From: Chthonomonadales bacterium
GTDB taxonomy: Bacteria; Armatimonadota; Chthonomonadetes; Chthonomonadales; CAJBBX01
Reading direction: 5' to 3'
Assembly: GCA_049967475.1 (NCBI GenBank)
Contig: JBMFSQ010000023.1
Location: 13,654-57,586, forward strand
DNA length: 43,933 nt
Made by a program: the position numbers and the translations under genes. Shown piece after piece: positions 1 through 8,747 of the stretch (position 1 is its first letter; each line of letters begins with the position of its first letter). The notes under the pieces are model-generated. The model did not search any database. It was given only the letters and a program-made list of their open reading frames with translations, and was not told the DNA's origin.

Positions 1-248
1 GCCCCGTCCCTTCTTCCCGCCTGAGCCCCCACCCGGGAAAACAGCAGGGCCCCATGCCACGAAGGGTGATGAGGCCGCACATTTTACCGAGTTCCATCCC
101 CGGCTTCTGGGCTCCTCACTCACGTGGCCAACATCTCTGGCTTGCCTCCTCCTTGCTTGGCTTGAAGCTTCCACACGGACGCCCTGCCGGTGACGGACCA
201 TCGCGCACATCGAAACCCACCCGGGTCCCCGAGACCTCCCTTTAGATG
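1..248 (-). mobile_element. Possible internally deleted (non-autonomous) IS110/IS1111-family element, truncated by the window edge
   Basis: The minus strand has a strong SD (AAGGAGGAGG, 154-145) in front of only a 4-codon ORF (ATG TTG GCC ACG TGA, 134-120), followed by a structured non-coding stretch running off the edge. The resemblance to IS1111-type ends is from recall only. Confidence 0.3.
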
Positions 249-294
249 CCGCGCCGGAATACTCAGAACAAGAGGGAGAGTGCCGGGGCGCCCT

Positions 295-3200
295 TCATGG
301 AGATGCCGCTCCGTTCGCCAGGATCCTGCAGATGCACAGATCGTGTTTCTTCAGGTGGATGGTAATCCGGCGGTTCACAACCGGTACGGGAGCGCTTGTT
401 TCCGTGTTCACCACACGGCAACCGCCCGGGAAGCCGAGTGCTGCCGCGTCAATGAAAAGATCCACATCCTTGGCGGCATCCGAATAGCTCACCACGGCAA
501 AAACGGCCTCTTTCCCTTTGACTGAGTAGACGATCGTCGGGAAGTCAGGGTCCTGCGAGCGCACAGGCGGTGGCGTGTCATCCCAATAACGATAAGCCCG
601 CACGCCCGGGGTGGCCAAGATCTCATCCACGGGCTTGAAGAGTGCAAGCTGGGCCCTTCCGGCAGCACTCCACGACGGATAAGGACAGTCCAGCTCATGG
701 ACCATGGCCACGGCCGCGAACGTGCGCGCGGTCCAAGGATCATCCGCTTGCGGCCCATGGTCATTGAGGACCACCGGCCATGTGCCGGCGAGCTCGCCGT
801 TGCTCACGAGGAGGATGTAATCGCGCGGGAAGCGCGTCTGCACGTCGCCCTCGGAGTACTTCCATTCCCAATCGTATTGGACTGTGGCGAAGGAGAGGAT
901 CGGGAGGATGCCGGTAGAGGTCATGTGAGCCATTGTTATGGGCAGCATTCTGCGTTCATTCATGTACTGGAATGTCCGCTTGGCCAACTCACGAAGTCCC
1001 CAAACCCCGGTTGTCGGGATCATCTGCCCATCCTTGCGCCTATAGGCACCGGCAAACGGGTTGTACGAGCCCACGAAGAACCAGTTGTCCCAGTAGACGC
1101 CGCGGTTGCGGGCGATGTCGAAGGACTTGCCATACCAATACAATGCATGATCAATATAGGAACGGCTGGGAACGATCTTGATTTCGCTGATGCCGTTCCC
1201 CTTCGGAACGGTGCGAAAATTCGTAAGCGACCATTCGTCCTTGAACGTTTCGAACTCAGGAGCCGCCTGGTAGCTGGCCCGGTTGTAGTAGAAGATCATC
1301 TTGGCGCCGTAATGGCTGGTCAAGTTATAACGTACATGGTTGATGAAGGTTTGCACGCGGTCGCTCCCATAGGGCTCGAAGTACCGCTTGCCGCGCTCGA
1401 TCACCTTTTGGATATCCGCTTCGGTGAGATGTTCGCAGTTCCCCCTGGCGATCATACGCCATAGTTCCATATCGCATCCTGCCGGATAGACGGAGCCGCA
1501 ATCCCCCAGCGCAAGCCAGTTGATGTCCGTGCCGAGGAGCTGATAGTTGTCGCGCCGGAATTTGTGGCGCCAATCTGCGGTGATGCGCGGCTTTACGGGT
1601 GCTGCCATGAGACCGAAGGTGATGGTGCGCCCCCGGGTGATCACTTCAGGACGATTGATCAAGTGGATGCGCATCTCCACCACACCCGGCCGGCGAATAA
1701 GCTCTGCGTTGGGTGTGGAAGGATCCCAACCCCAGTTTCGGTCGTTTTCGGCAAACCAGCACAACCCCCGCAGAGGCGTGCCTACATAGAGATAGCTGCA
1801 GAAGTTGGCCGGCAAATCGCTGCACTGTACCTGCTTCGCAGTCCATACCGTTCCCGCGCCAAGGGGAACCCGCCCATAGAGAGTATTGCGGATGCCATCG
1901 CCCATGGCATGGTAATGCGTCGCCTCATCGTCCCGAAGGGGCACTACCAAGTCCAAGCCCTCTACGGCTTTGCCGTGGCTCGGCAAGAGTGTCAGATCCG
2001 CACGCATGAGGCCGTCGTAATCCCATCCGCAACGGATGCGTGCAGCGAAAGCACCCGCCGTGAATTGAGATACGGCGACGGCGGCGTTGCCTGTAACCTT
2101 CGTGAAGCGCATGCGCCTTGCATGAACAGGGATGGTGGAAGAGCCGGCCCGCACCTCCCAACGCATCGGCTCTGAAAGCAGCGGTCGCCCCTTGCTGGTC
2201 ACCTGCTCCCAAAGCCCTGTGTCCGCCATCACGATTTCGCGAAGCACTACCCGAACGCGGTTGTTGCGGACTCGTATCGGCACGAACGGCGGGTAGACTT
2301 TGGCGGACGTTCCGAGGCGGTTGTGTTCCCAGGGAAACACGGTTCGCTCGAAGGTCTTGACGACCTCAGTTTTGGATATCCCATGCCCCTCGGCACGCAG
2401 CACGATTTCGTAGACGCCGTTCAACGGCTTCAGGGTGAAACTTTCTTCGCGGCGGCCGTTGTGCAGCGGCCCGAATTGCACGCGGTGCACCACAGAGCCG
2501 CCCTTTTTGCGCACCCAGGCCGTCAAGCGGGTGACGGCAGCTCCTTTTGGGAGATGGGACGCGTCGGCCAAGATGCGCATGCGATTCTGGTAGGGGTAAT
2601 AGGCAAATTGGAAATCCAGAGGTGGGATCACCTTCCTGGCGACCGTCCACCGCCAAGGCCGGCGCGATGCCGTCCACGTCCACGTACGCTCGAAGATGCG
2701 TTGGCCGTTTGTAGTGGACACGGTAGCCGTGAGGGTAAAGCGCCTTGTAGTTTGGTCTTGTACTGCCAGGCGCACCGTGGAGCCGCCGTTGGGAGAGCCT
2801 GGGGCGAGGCTTACCGATTGGTGTTGGCGCATCTCGGGCATGAGATCCCGCGCCAACAGCAGATCCACATTCGCCGTTACCTTCTGCGTGCCGGGGTTTG
2901 CCAAGGTAATGCGGGCATCCACATTGCCGAGGAAAGGATCACCCAGGATCTCGCTGGACACGGCGGGCACGCCCCTCTTCGAGAAGATGAATAGGTCTGC
3001 GGGCTTGTATTCGGATCCGTTGAGGGATGACCATGCCCATTCCTGCTTCCAATCCCGGCAGACATTGATGGCCCATGAGCCCTCGTCTGCCCGGCGGCCC
3101 GGAGCTAGGGAAGCAATAGGGATTGCGATTTCACATTCCCATGCCTTTACGGCGCCGGTGCGCAAGGCGCTTGCCGCTTGCCAGTCGCCGTGCCACGCAG

Positions 3201-3648
3201 GATTTTCAGGAGCTCCGCCATAGGCGTGCGCCCGAAACCAGCGGTGGCCCAAGGAGTTGGCCAACATCTGGAAGCGGGTTCCTCTTTCCGCCCCCGGTGT
3301 GGGATCAATCCACACCTCGACGGCGTCATCGAAGACGAGGTTCTCGGCGTCTCGCCGCACCTCGGCAAGGAGGGATCCCTCTGCCGGCAACTCGGACCGG
3401 ATGGCGACGTAGAGGTGATCAACGGTAGCTCCTACGTAGGCGCACGATCTGCGGCGCTCGAGAATGCCGTTTGCTCCCGTAAGCCCATCAATACGAACGG
3501 CACACGCCCATTCGGATGGGTCAATCCGGCCGTCCATTTTGGGTGGTGCCTTCATGAGAGGCACGCGAAATGTAGAAGGATGCGCTGCTCCCAAAGCCCG
3601 GGATGCAAGGAGTGCCAATCCGAGAAGACAAAGCATATACCGGCGCAT
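295..3648 (-). CDS. Large secreted putative glycoside hydrolase (N-terminal CBM9-like sugar-binding domain, C-terminal DUF6067-like domain), 1117 aa
   Basis: Start moved to ATG 3648 (GGAGA SD; signal peptide MRRYMLCLLGLALLASRALG). CBM9-like motifs PPKMDGRIDPSEW, DAVEVWIDP and WECEIAIP. C-terminal RGLCWFAEND and GVYWDN motifs. Confidence 0.75.
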   Translation of the reverse strand: MRRYMLCLLGLALLASRALGAAHPSTFRVPLMKAPPKMDGRIDPSEWACAVRIDGLTGANGILERRRSCAYVGATVDHLYVAIRSELPAEGSLLAEVRRDAENLVFDDAVEVWIDPTPGAERGTRFQMLANSLGHRWFRAHAYGGAPENPAWHGDWQAASALRTGAVKAWECEIAIPIASLAPGRRADEGSWAINVCRDWKQEWAWSSLNGSEYKPADLFIFSKRGVPAVSSEILGDPFLGNVDARITLANPGTQKVTANVDLLLARDLMPEMRQHQSVSLAPGSPNGGSTVRLAVQDQTTRRFTLTATVSTTNGQRIFERTWTWTASRRPWRWTVARKVIPPLDFQFAYYPYQNRMRILADASHLPKGAAVTRLTAWVRKKGGSVVHRVQFGPLHNGRREESFTLKPLNGVYEIVLRAEGHGISKTEVVKTFERTVFPWEHNRLGTSAKVYPPFVPIRVRNNRVRVVLREIVMADTGLWEQVTSKGRPLLSEPMRWEVRAGSSTIPVHARRMRFTKVTGNAAVAVSQFTAGAFAARIRCGWDYDGLMRADLTLLPSHGKAVEGLDLVVPLRDDEATHYHAMGDGIRNTLYGRVPLGAGTVWTAKQVQCSDLPANFCSYLYVGTPLRGLCWFAENDRNWGWDPSTPNAELIRRPGVVEMRIHLINRPEVITRGRTITFGLMAAPVKPRITADWRHKFRRDNYQLLGTDINWLALGDCGSVYPAGCDMELWRMIARGNCEHLTEADIQKVIERGKRYFEPYGSDRVQTFINHVRYNLTSHYGAKMIFYYNRASYQAAPEFETFKDEWSLTNFRTVPKGNGISEIKIVPSRSYIDHALYWYGKSFDIARNRGVYWDNWFFVGSYNPFAGAYRRKDGQMIPTTGVWGLRELAKRTFQYMNERRMLPITMAHMTSTGILPILSFATVQYDWEWKYSEGDVQTRFPRDYILLVSNGELAGTWPVVLNDHGPQADDPWTARTFAAVAMVHELDCPYPSWSAAGRAQLALFKPVDEILATPGVRAYRYWDDTPPPVRSQDPDFPTIVYSVKGKEAVFAVVSYSDAAKDVDLFIDAAALGFPGGCRVVNTETSAPVPVVNRRITIHLKKHDLCICRILANGAASP

Positions 3649-3980
3649 GGTGGTACGTCTCCAGCGAGAAGGAGTGCTGACGCCGTTTTCTGTGCCGACG
3701 ACGTCTTTACCTTCTCGCCTGGGGATCCTTCGGAGGCCAACATGCATCTGCTCGGCGGCTCCGGCAGTGAGGCTTCCATGATGCGTGCGCCGGCGATCGA
3801 GGGCGGCTTGTTTCAAATATGAGCGCCCGAAGCCGGTTGGCCGAACAGTGGGCAGCCGGTCTGCCCGCCGATCCGCCGGCAACAAAGCCCGGCGTTCGGA
3901 TCCATTTGTGGCCGCCGACACATCGGGCGGATGAGGGGGTCCCTAGAGGAATCACGGGGGCAGGTTTGCGTTTGGAGGGG

Positions 3981-4056
<76 letters not shown>

Positions 4057-4067
4057 ACTGCGCCAAA

Positions 4068-4097
4068 AGTATACCGCGCCTGGGAGAGCGCGTGCAA
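4068..4097 (-). promoter_or_regulatory. Sigma70-type promoter for tRNA-Lys
   Basis: TTGCAC-N18-TATACT on the minus strand, 11 nt upstream of the tRNA. Confidence 0.65.
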
Positions 4098-4129
4098 GGG
4101 CTCCCATCCCCTTACGGAACGAGGAACGA

Positions 4130-4167
4130 ATGCACGCTTTAGGATGCATTCGCCCGCGTGTCATGCC
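4130..4167 (+). repeat. 38-bp direct repeat, copy 1
   Basis: ATGCACGCTTTAGGATGCATTCGCCCGCGTGTCATGCC; 36/38 identical to 8617-8654. Confidence 0.92.
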
Positions 4168-4290
4168 CGGATTGCGCCAAACGCCCACCGAGCCGGCATC
4201 TTCCTTGCAACATCAACCCGGTTTTTACCTTTGGATGGGAGCGACTATGAAGTCGTTCTCTTTTGGGACCCACCCAGTGCGCAACACGCG

Positions 4291-4319
4291 TTGACAACGC
4301 ACCACGGATGTGTTACATT
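4291..4319 (+). promoter_or_regulatory. Sigma70-type promoter for the 4430-8528 gene pair
   Basis: TTGACA-N17-TACATT with extended -10 TG. Confidence 0.65.
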
Positions 4320-4429
4320 CAGCTCGACGGATTTGCGATCATTCGCGTGCTTCCCGGCGGCTTTGCACCAAACTCCAGGCATTTTGCCTTGTTACCCAAA
4401 GGGGCTCGAGCCCGAAAGGCAGGAGGCAC

Positions 4430-6877
4430 ATGATCCCGTCAAAGCGGTTTTCAACCCCAGCCTGTTGTGTGATCTTACTGCTTTCCGTGCGTGCGACCGG
4501 GCAGCAGAACCCTAACGTAGTTCCCCCTCCTCCCGAAGTGCAGCGGCTTCAGCTCACGCGGCCTTTTACCCTGGTGTATCGAGGTGAGATGTCTGTGACA
4601 CGAGGCACAGGGACAACCTCCCACCGCCTTTTGCGCCTGGTGCTTTCCTACGATGGAAAGAACCTCCTCTTCCAGAGCACGGATCTGGCCACGAAAGTGA
4701 CGCGTACGATCCTCTTTGACGGCCGGGACACCTACACTGCGGACTCTAACTCGTCCATCGCTTCCATTGATCCGGGCTTCTGGTACATGTATCTGCTCGA
4801 GTGCCCTCTGCCGGGAGTAGGCATCCCGTACGAGCCCTTGGCCACCTATGGCATTGCAACCCGGTTCGTTTCCTACATGACGCGCTACCTTGCTCCCCAG
4901 CTCGCTATGGAGAAGGCGCTTGTAGCTCCCGCGCTTTATACCACGCCTGGCCAAGTGCGCCACATCGGAATGTGGACCCATCCCGGCGTGCCGGGGCGCG
5001 TGCAGCCCATGAGCTTCCCGGTCAGCATCGTTACGGTTTCCTCGGCCGGGGCGCCGAAGGCGCTTTGGTACGCTGCCTTCGGCAATCCGTCGGCGTATCC
5101 CAGCCAGTTGTGGGAGTTTTTTGACCACAAGCGCTTCGAAGGATTGTGGATCGCTGCCAGGGTGAAGGTGCGCCGTTACCATGTCACGAAATCCAACAAG
5201 CAAAGTACGCTCTGGCTGGAAGCTACCTATAGTCTCGAGCGCAGCACACCAGGCCCTCTCGATGCGGCTGCATACGATCCGGCAACGTACCTTTCCCTGC
5301 ACGCCAACGTAACGGATTTTACCGGGACGGCGCCACGCGCCTTTGTCTATGAGCCAGGGCACGGCACGTTACAGGAAGCGCGGCGACGGGCCGGCGTTCC
5401 GGGCGCGATGGGGGAGGGAGCCCGAAGCCCCATAAACACGGGTTTGTCGGGGCTGGTGGCCTTAGCTGCGGCTCTGGTTGCGTGGTTCGGCTGGCGGAAG
5501 GCAGTGCCTCAGGCGGCGCAACCCTCCGGCACGTCGGAGGCGTACCCGCACGGGACCCTTCCGCCTTTGCGCGGCGGTGCGCGTTCTGCACCTTGGAGGC
5601 GCACCCCATCCGCGCCCCTGGGGAGCACCGGTGCCGTGCTCACCGCGGTGGCTGCCCTGGTTATCTTCAGCGCGTATCTTGCGCCCAATGTCGTGCTTGC
5701 CTGGCTGGACCGATGGGGAAACTTGATCTTCTGGAGCAGCCGCGGCGGCGGAGCAGTGGCCGTAGCGCTGGCCACGCTCTCCTTGGGTTCCTACCTCCCC
5801 GCCGTGTTCAGGCGGGAAGACGCATTCGGTCTATGGCTCATCACGGCGGTATGGCTTGGTTTGAGCGCCGCCGTCATCCTGCACCCTCTTTCCCAGGCAG
5901 ACGTTGTCGGAGACGAAAGCATCCTCCTCCTCGCGTACGGCGTCGGCCTCGCCGGTGCCCGGGTGCTGCCGCGCCTCGATAGCGTCATCGCTATCCTGGT
6001 TGCGTGCGGAGCTCTTCGATGCGTGCTCGCGATCGCCCTTGCCGTCGCACCTGCCGAAGTGGTTCCTCCGGGGGACGTACGGCTCCAGTGGTTGTTCCAA
6101 TCGCCTAAAGACCTCTTGCCTTTCCCGGTGCTCATTTTGCCGTTCGCCGTTCATGGCGTTCTGGAGGCGTCACGGCCGCGTGCGCGGGCCTTCTACCTGT
6201 TCTCCACGGCGATGATGGTGGCCGGACTGCTGATCTTGCACCAATGGACTGCAGCCATTGCAGCGTTGATCGGCGTGCTGTGGCTGGTGCGAAATCGGGC
6301 GGAGGTCCGCCGGCGCGTGTTATTGCTGGCCCTTGCGCTGGCTGTGGTCCTTGGGGTGATCTTCCTGCGCATCGGCCGGCCGTTGACCGCTCCCGAGATT
6401 GCTCGGTCTTTCGAGCGCCGCATGGAACTGGTGCGAAGTGCGGCGGCCCGATTTGGGCATCATTGGTTGGAAGGCGCAGGGGCAGGCGTGGTGCGCACCT
6501 CCATGGTTGCCGCTCCATCCGGAGGCCGTGAAGGTGCAGCGCTTCTTATGGAGGCGGGCCGCATCTATGACCCGCAAAGCCAATTCCTGCTTTGGCTCGA
6601 TCAGATGGGCATCGCAGGCGGTTTGCTCCTGCTGGGATTTGGATGGTTCGCCTGGCGCATCGTGCGAGGGGCACAGGCGGCCTGGGCGGACGCGGCAGCG
6701 GCCTCGTGGCTCTCTTTGGCACTTGCCGGAGTATTCAACACCCTCTTCGGGATCTCGGATTTGTTGAGTTCCGGCAGCATCCTCTTCGCGAGCCTCGTCG
6801 GCATCACGATGCGTCTGCAGGGCTCCCCTGCTGCCCGTGCACCACAAGGTAGTCCGCCGCCGAACGCCGAGCGGTGA
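4430..6877 (+). CDS. Fusion protein: exported N-terminal domain with TM anchor, plus O-antigen ligase (WaaL/Wzy_C)-like multi-pass domain, 815 aa
   Basis: AGGAGG SD before ATG 4430; signal-like N terminus; TM segment ending WFGWRK; about 10-12 further TM segments with ERRMELVRSAAARFGHHWLEGAGAG and FLLWLDQMGIAG, matching the WaaL loop pattern. Confidence 0.7.
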   Translation: MIPSKRFSTPACCVILLLSVRATGQQNPNVVPPPPEVQRLQLTRPFTLVYRGEMSVTRGTGTTSHRLLRLVLSYDGKNLLFQSTDLATKVTRTILFDGRDTYTADSNSSIASIDPGFWYMYLLECPLPGVGIPYEPLATYGIATRFVSYMTRYLAPQLAMEKALVAPALYTTPGQVRHIGMWTHPGVPGRVQPMSFPVSIVTVSSAGAPKALWYAAFGNPSAYPSQLWEFFDHKRFEGLWIAARVKVRRYHVTKSNKQSTLWLEATYSLERSTPGPLDAAAYDPATYLSLHANVTDFTGTAPRAFVYEPGHGTLQEARRRAGVPGAMGEGARSPINTGLSGLVALAAALVAWFGWRKAVPQAAQPSGTSEAYPHGTLPPLRGGARSAPWRRTPSAPLGSTGAVLTAVAALVIFSAYLAPNVVLAWLDRWGNLIFWSSRGGGAVAVALATLSLGSYLPAVFRREDAFGLWLITAVWLGLSAAVILHPLSQADVVGDESILLLAYGVGLAGARVLPRLDSVIAILVACGALRCVLAIALAVAPAEVVPPGDVRLQWLFQSPKDLLPFPVLILPFAVHGVLEASRPRARAFYLFSTAMMVAGLLILHQWTAAIAALIGVLWLVRNRAEVRRRVLLLALALAVVLGVIFLRIGRPLTAPEIARSFERRMELVRSAAARFGHHWLEGAGAGVVRTSMVAAPSGGREGAALLMEAGRIYDPQSQFLLWLDQMGIAGGLLLLGFGWFAWRIVRGAQAAWADAAAASWLSLALAGVFNTLFGISDLLSSGSILFASLVGITMRLQGSPAARAPQGSPPPNAER

Positions 6878-6899
6878 TGTCGTAATCGGTGCCTGTACC

Positions 6900-8528
6900 A
6901 TGGTATTGGAGCCAGCTATTCCGCCGCTCGTTGGCAGGATGCTTAGAGGCGCGCGCCTCTGCCGCGTCCTCCTCATCATCGCCGTAGGCACCTATGCCGG
7001 CGTGTTCGTTTCCCTTACAGTCAGCCGCCATGAATGCCTTGGTTCGAATATCTTCGACCTTGGCATCTTCGACCAGGCGGTGTGGCTCCTGAGCCGGGGC
7101 GCCATCCCTTATGTGACCACCCGCGGGCTGAACATTTTCGCCGACCACTTTGACCCCATCCTGGTATTGCTCGCACCGCTCTATTGGCTCTGGGACGACG
7201 TGCGGGTGCTGCTGATCCTCCAGAGCTGCGCTTTGGCGCTGGGAGCCTTGCCGCTCTATCGGCTGGGTGAGTTGCGCCTCGGGAGCTGCGGTTGGGCGCT
7301 GTTATTGGCTGCGGTTTATCTGCTCTATCCGCCGGTGCAGTGGATGAACCTGTGCGACTTCCACCCCGATGCCCTGGCGACCCCGCTGCTCTTGACGGCG
7401 CTATGGCTCTTGGAGGTGCGCCGCACGGCCCTCTTTTTGGTCGTGATGGGGCTGGTGCTTCTTTGCAAAGAGAATATGGCACTGGTGGTCATCCCCATAG
7501 GGCTCACCGCATGGTTTGCCGGGGATCGGCGCAGCGGAGCCATGACGGTCGGCATGGGTGTCGGAGGGCTGTCGCTCGCCATGGCGACGCTCCGGTGGCT
7601 CAACCACGGTACGCCATCGCCATATTTCGGCCTGTATGCGGCATACGGCGGCAGCGTGACGGCCATTGCCCTCCATATGCTGATGCATCCGCTGCAATTG
7701 CTGAGGGACCTTACCTCCGAGGTCAACAAAGATTACCTGGGAGCCCTTCTCTGGCCTGTGATGCTTCTTCCACTTGCTGCGCCGCAATGGCTGCTCGTAG
7801 CGGCGCCGGCGCTTTTCTGCAACATGCTCTCGTCGCGGCCGGGTATGCATACCCCCTACTTCCAGTACAATGCTGCGATTATCCCCATTCTGTTCCGGGC
7901 AGCTATCGAAGGCATTCGGGAAATGCGCCTGATGTTCCCCGCACACAATGGGCGGTTCCCGCTGGCGGATATCGGCATGGCGTGCGTTCTGGCTGCCGGC
8001 GGTGTCTACGCCGTCGGACACGAACCCTTGTCTCCGGGGAGCACGCCGTACTGCGGACGCCCGCTTTCTTCGGCCCAAGCAGCCGCGGCTCGGCGGGCAT
8101 TGGCCGTCATTGCCCCGGATGCTTCGGTGAGCGCCCAGGGCACCGTCGGCGCGCAGCTCGCCCACAGGAAGCGTCTCTATATCTTCCCAAACCCCTTCCA
8201 GCGATGCGCTTTTGGCGGCGACCGCCTCGCATTGGCTCAGGTGGAAGGGTTCGGGTTCCGGCCCCTGCCTACTGCGGATATTCGGAAGCGGCTCGCCGCG
8301 TCGGACGTGGAGTACGTAGTACTGGGACCACCCAAAACCTCCATATATCCGCTCTTACCCAACGACTACGAGTACTTTGTCCGTATGATGTTGGCCGATC
8401 CTCACTACGCCGTCGTCGCAGTGGAGGGAGGGGTTGTAGTTTTCAAGCGGGGTGCGGACCGCGTCGGAGCCTTGCTTGACAAGGCCCGCGTGATCTATCC
8501 GGATGGCGGCTCGACGTCCGCCCGGTAA
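6900..8528 (+). CDS. DUF2079-family membrane protein (GT-C-like glycosyltransferase)
   Basis: Motifs FDLGIFDQAVW, FADHFDPIL, DFHPD, LCKEN and FQYNA; multi-TM. Start is 6900 or 6939. Confidence 0.8.
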   Translation: MVLEPAIPPLVGRMLRGARLCRVLLIIAVGTYAGVFVSLTVSRHECLGSNIFDLGIFDQAVWLLSRGAIPYVTTRGLNIFADHFDPILVLLAPLYWLWDDVRVLLILQSCALALGALPLYRLGELRLGSCGWALLLAAVYLLYPPVQWMNLCDFHPDALATPLLLTALWLLEVRRTALFLVVMGLVLLCKENMALVVIPIGLTAWFAGDRRSGAMTVGMGVGGLSLAMATLRWLNHGTPSPYFGLYAAYGGSVTAIALHMLMHPLQLLRDLTSEVNKDYLGALLWPVMLLPLAAPQWLLVAAPALFCNMLSSRPGMHTPYFQYNAAIIPILFRAAIEGIREMRLMFPAHNGRFPLADIGMACVLAAGGVYAVGHEPLSPGSTPYCGRPLSSAQAAAARRALAVIAPDASVSAQGTVGAQLAHRKRLYIFPNPFQRCAFGGDRLALAQVEGFGFRPLPTADIRKRLAASDVEYVVLGPPKTSIYPLLPNDYEYFVRMMLADPHYAVVAVEGGVVVFKRGADRVGALLDKARVIYPDGGSTSAR

Positions 8529-8616
8529 TGCCATTCCCGCGTATCCCGCCTCGGTGGGCAAAACACCAAAAGGTAAAAGAGATTTCCGCTTTCTTGCAGG
8601 TGTGGTTTCGCGCACC

Positions 8617-8654
8617 ATGCGCGCTTTAGGATGCATTCGCCCGCGTGTCGTGCC
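8617..8654 (+). repeat. 38-bp direct repeat, copy 2
   Basis: ATGCGCGCTTTAGGATGCATTCGCCCGCGTGTCGTGCC; differs from copy 1 by two A>G changes. Confidence 0.92.
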
Positions 8655-8747
8655 GTGCCTGCGCCGGAGGATTGGCACCGGTTGGGTATAATCCTGCTTG
8701 CCGCCGGCGGACACTGTTCGCCGTTTGATGGCGGCAAGAGTGGCACG

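Noticed and set aside
3649..3921. 91-aa N-terminal extension of the 1208-aa ORF
   Set aside because: The SD and signal peptide point to ATG 3648; the extension looks non-coding.
4130..8654. The 38-bp repeat as a CRISPR repeat
   Set aside because: Only two copies, 4.5 kb apart, with no spacers and no cas genes.
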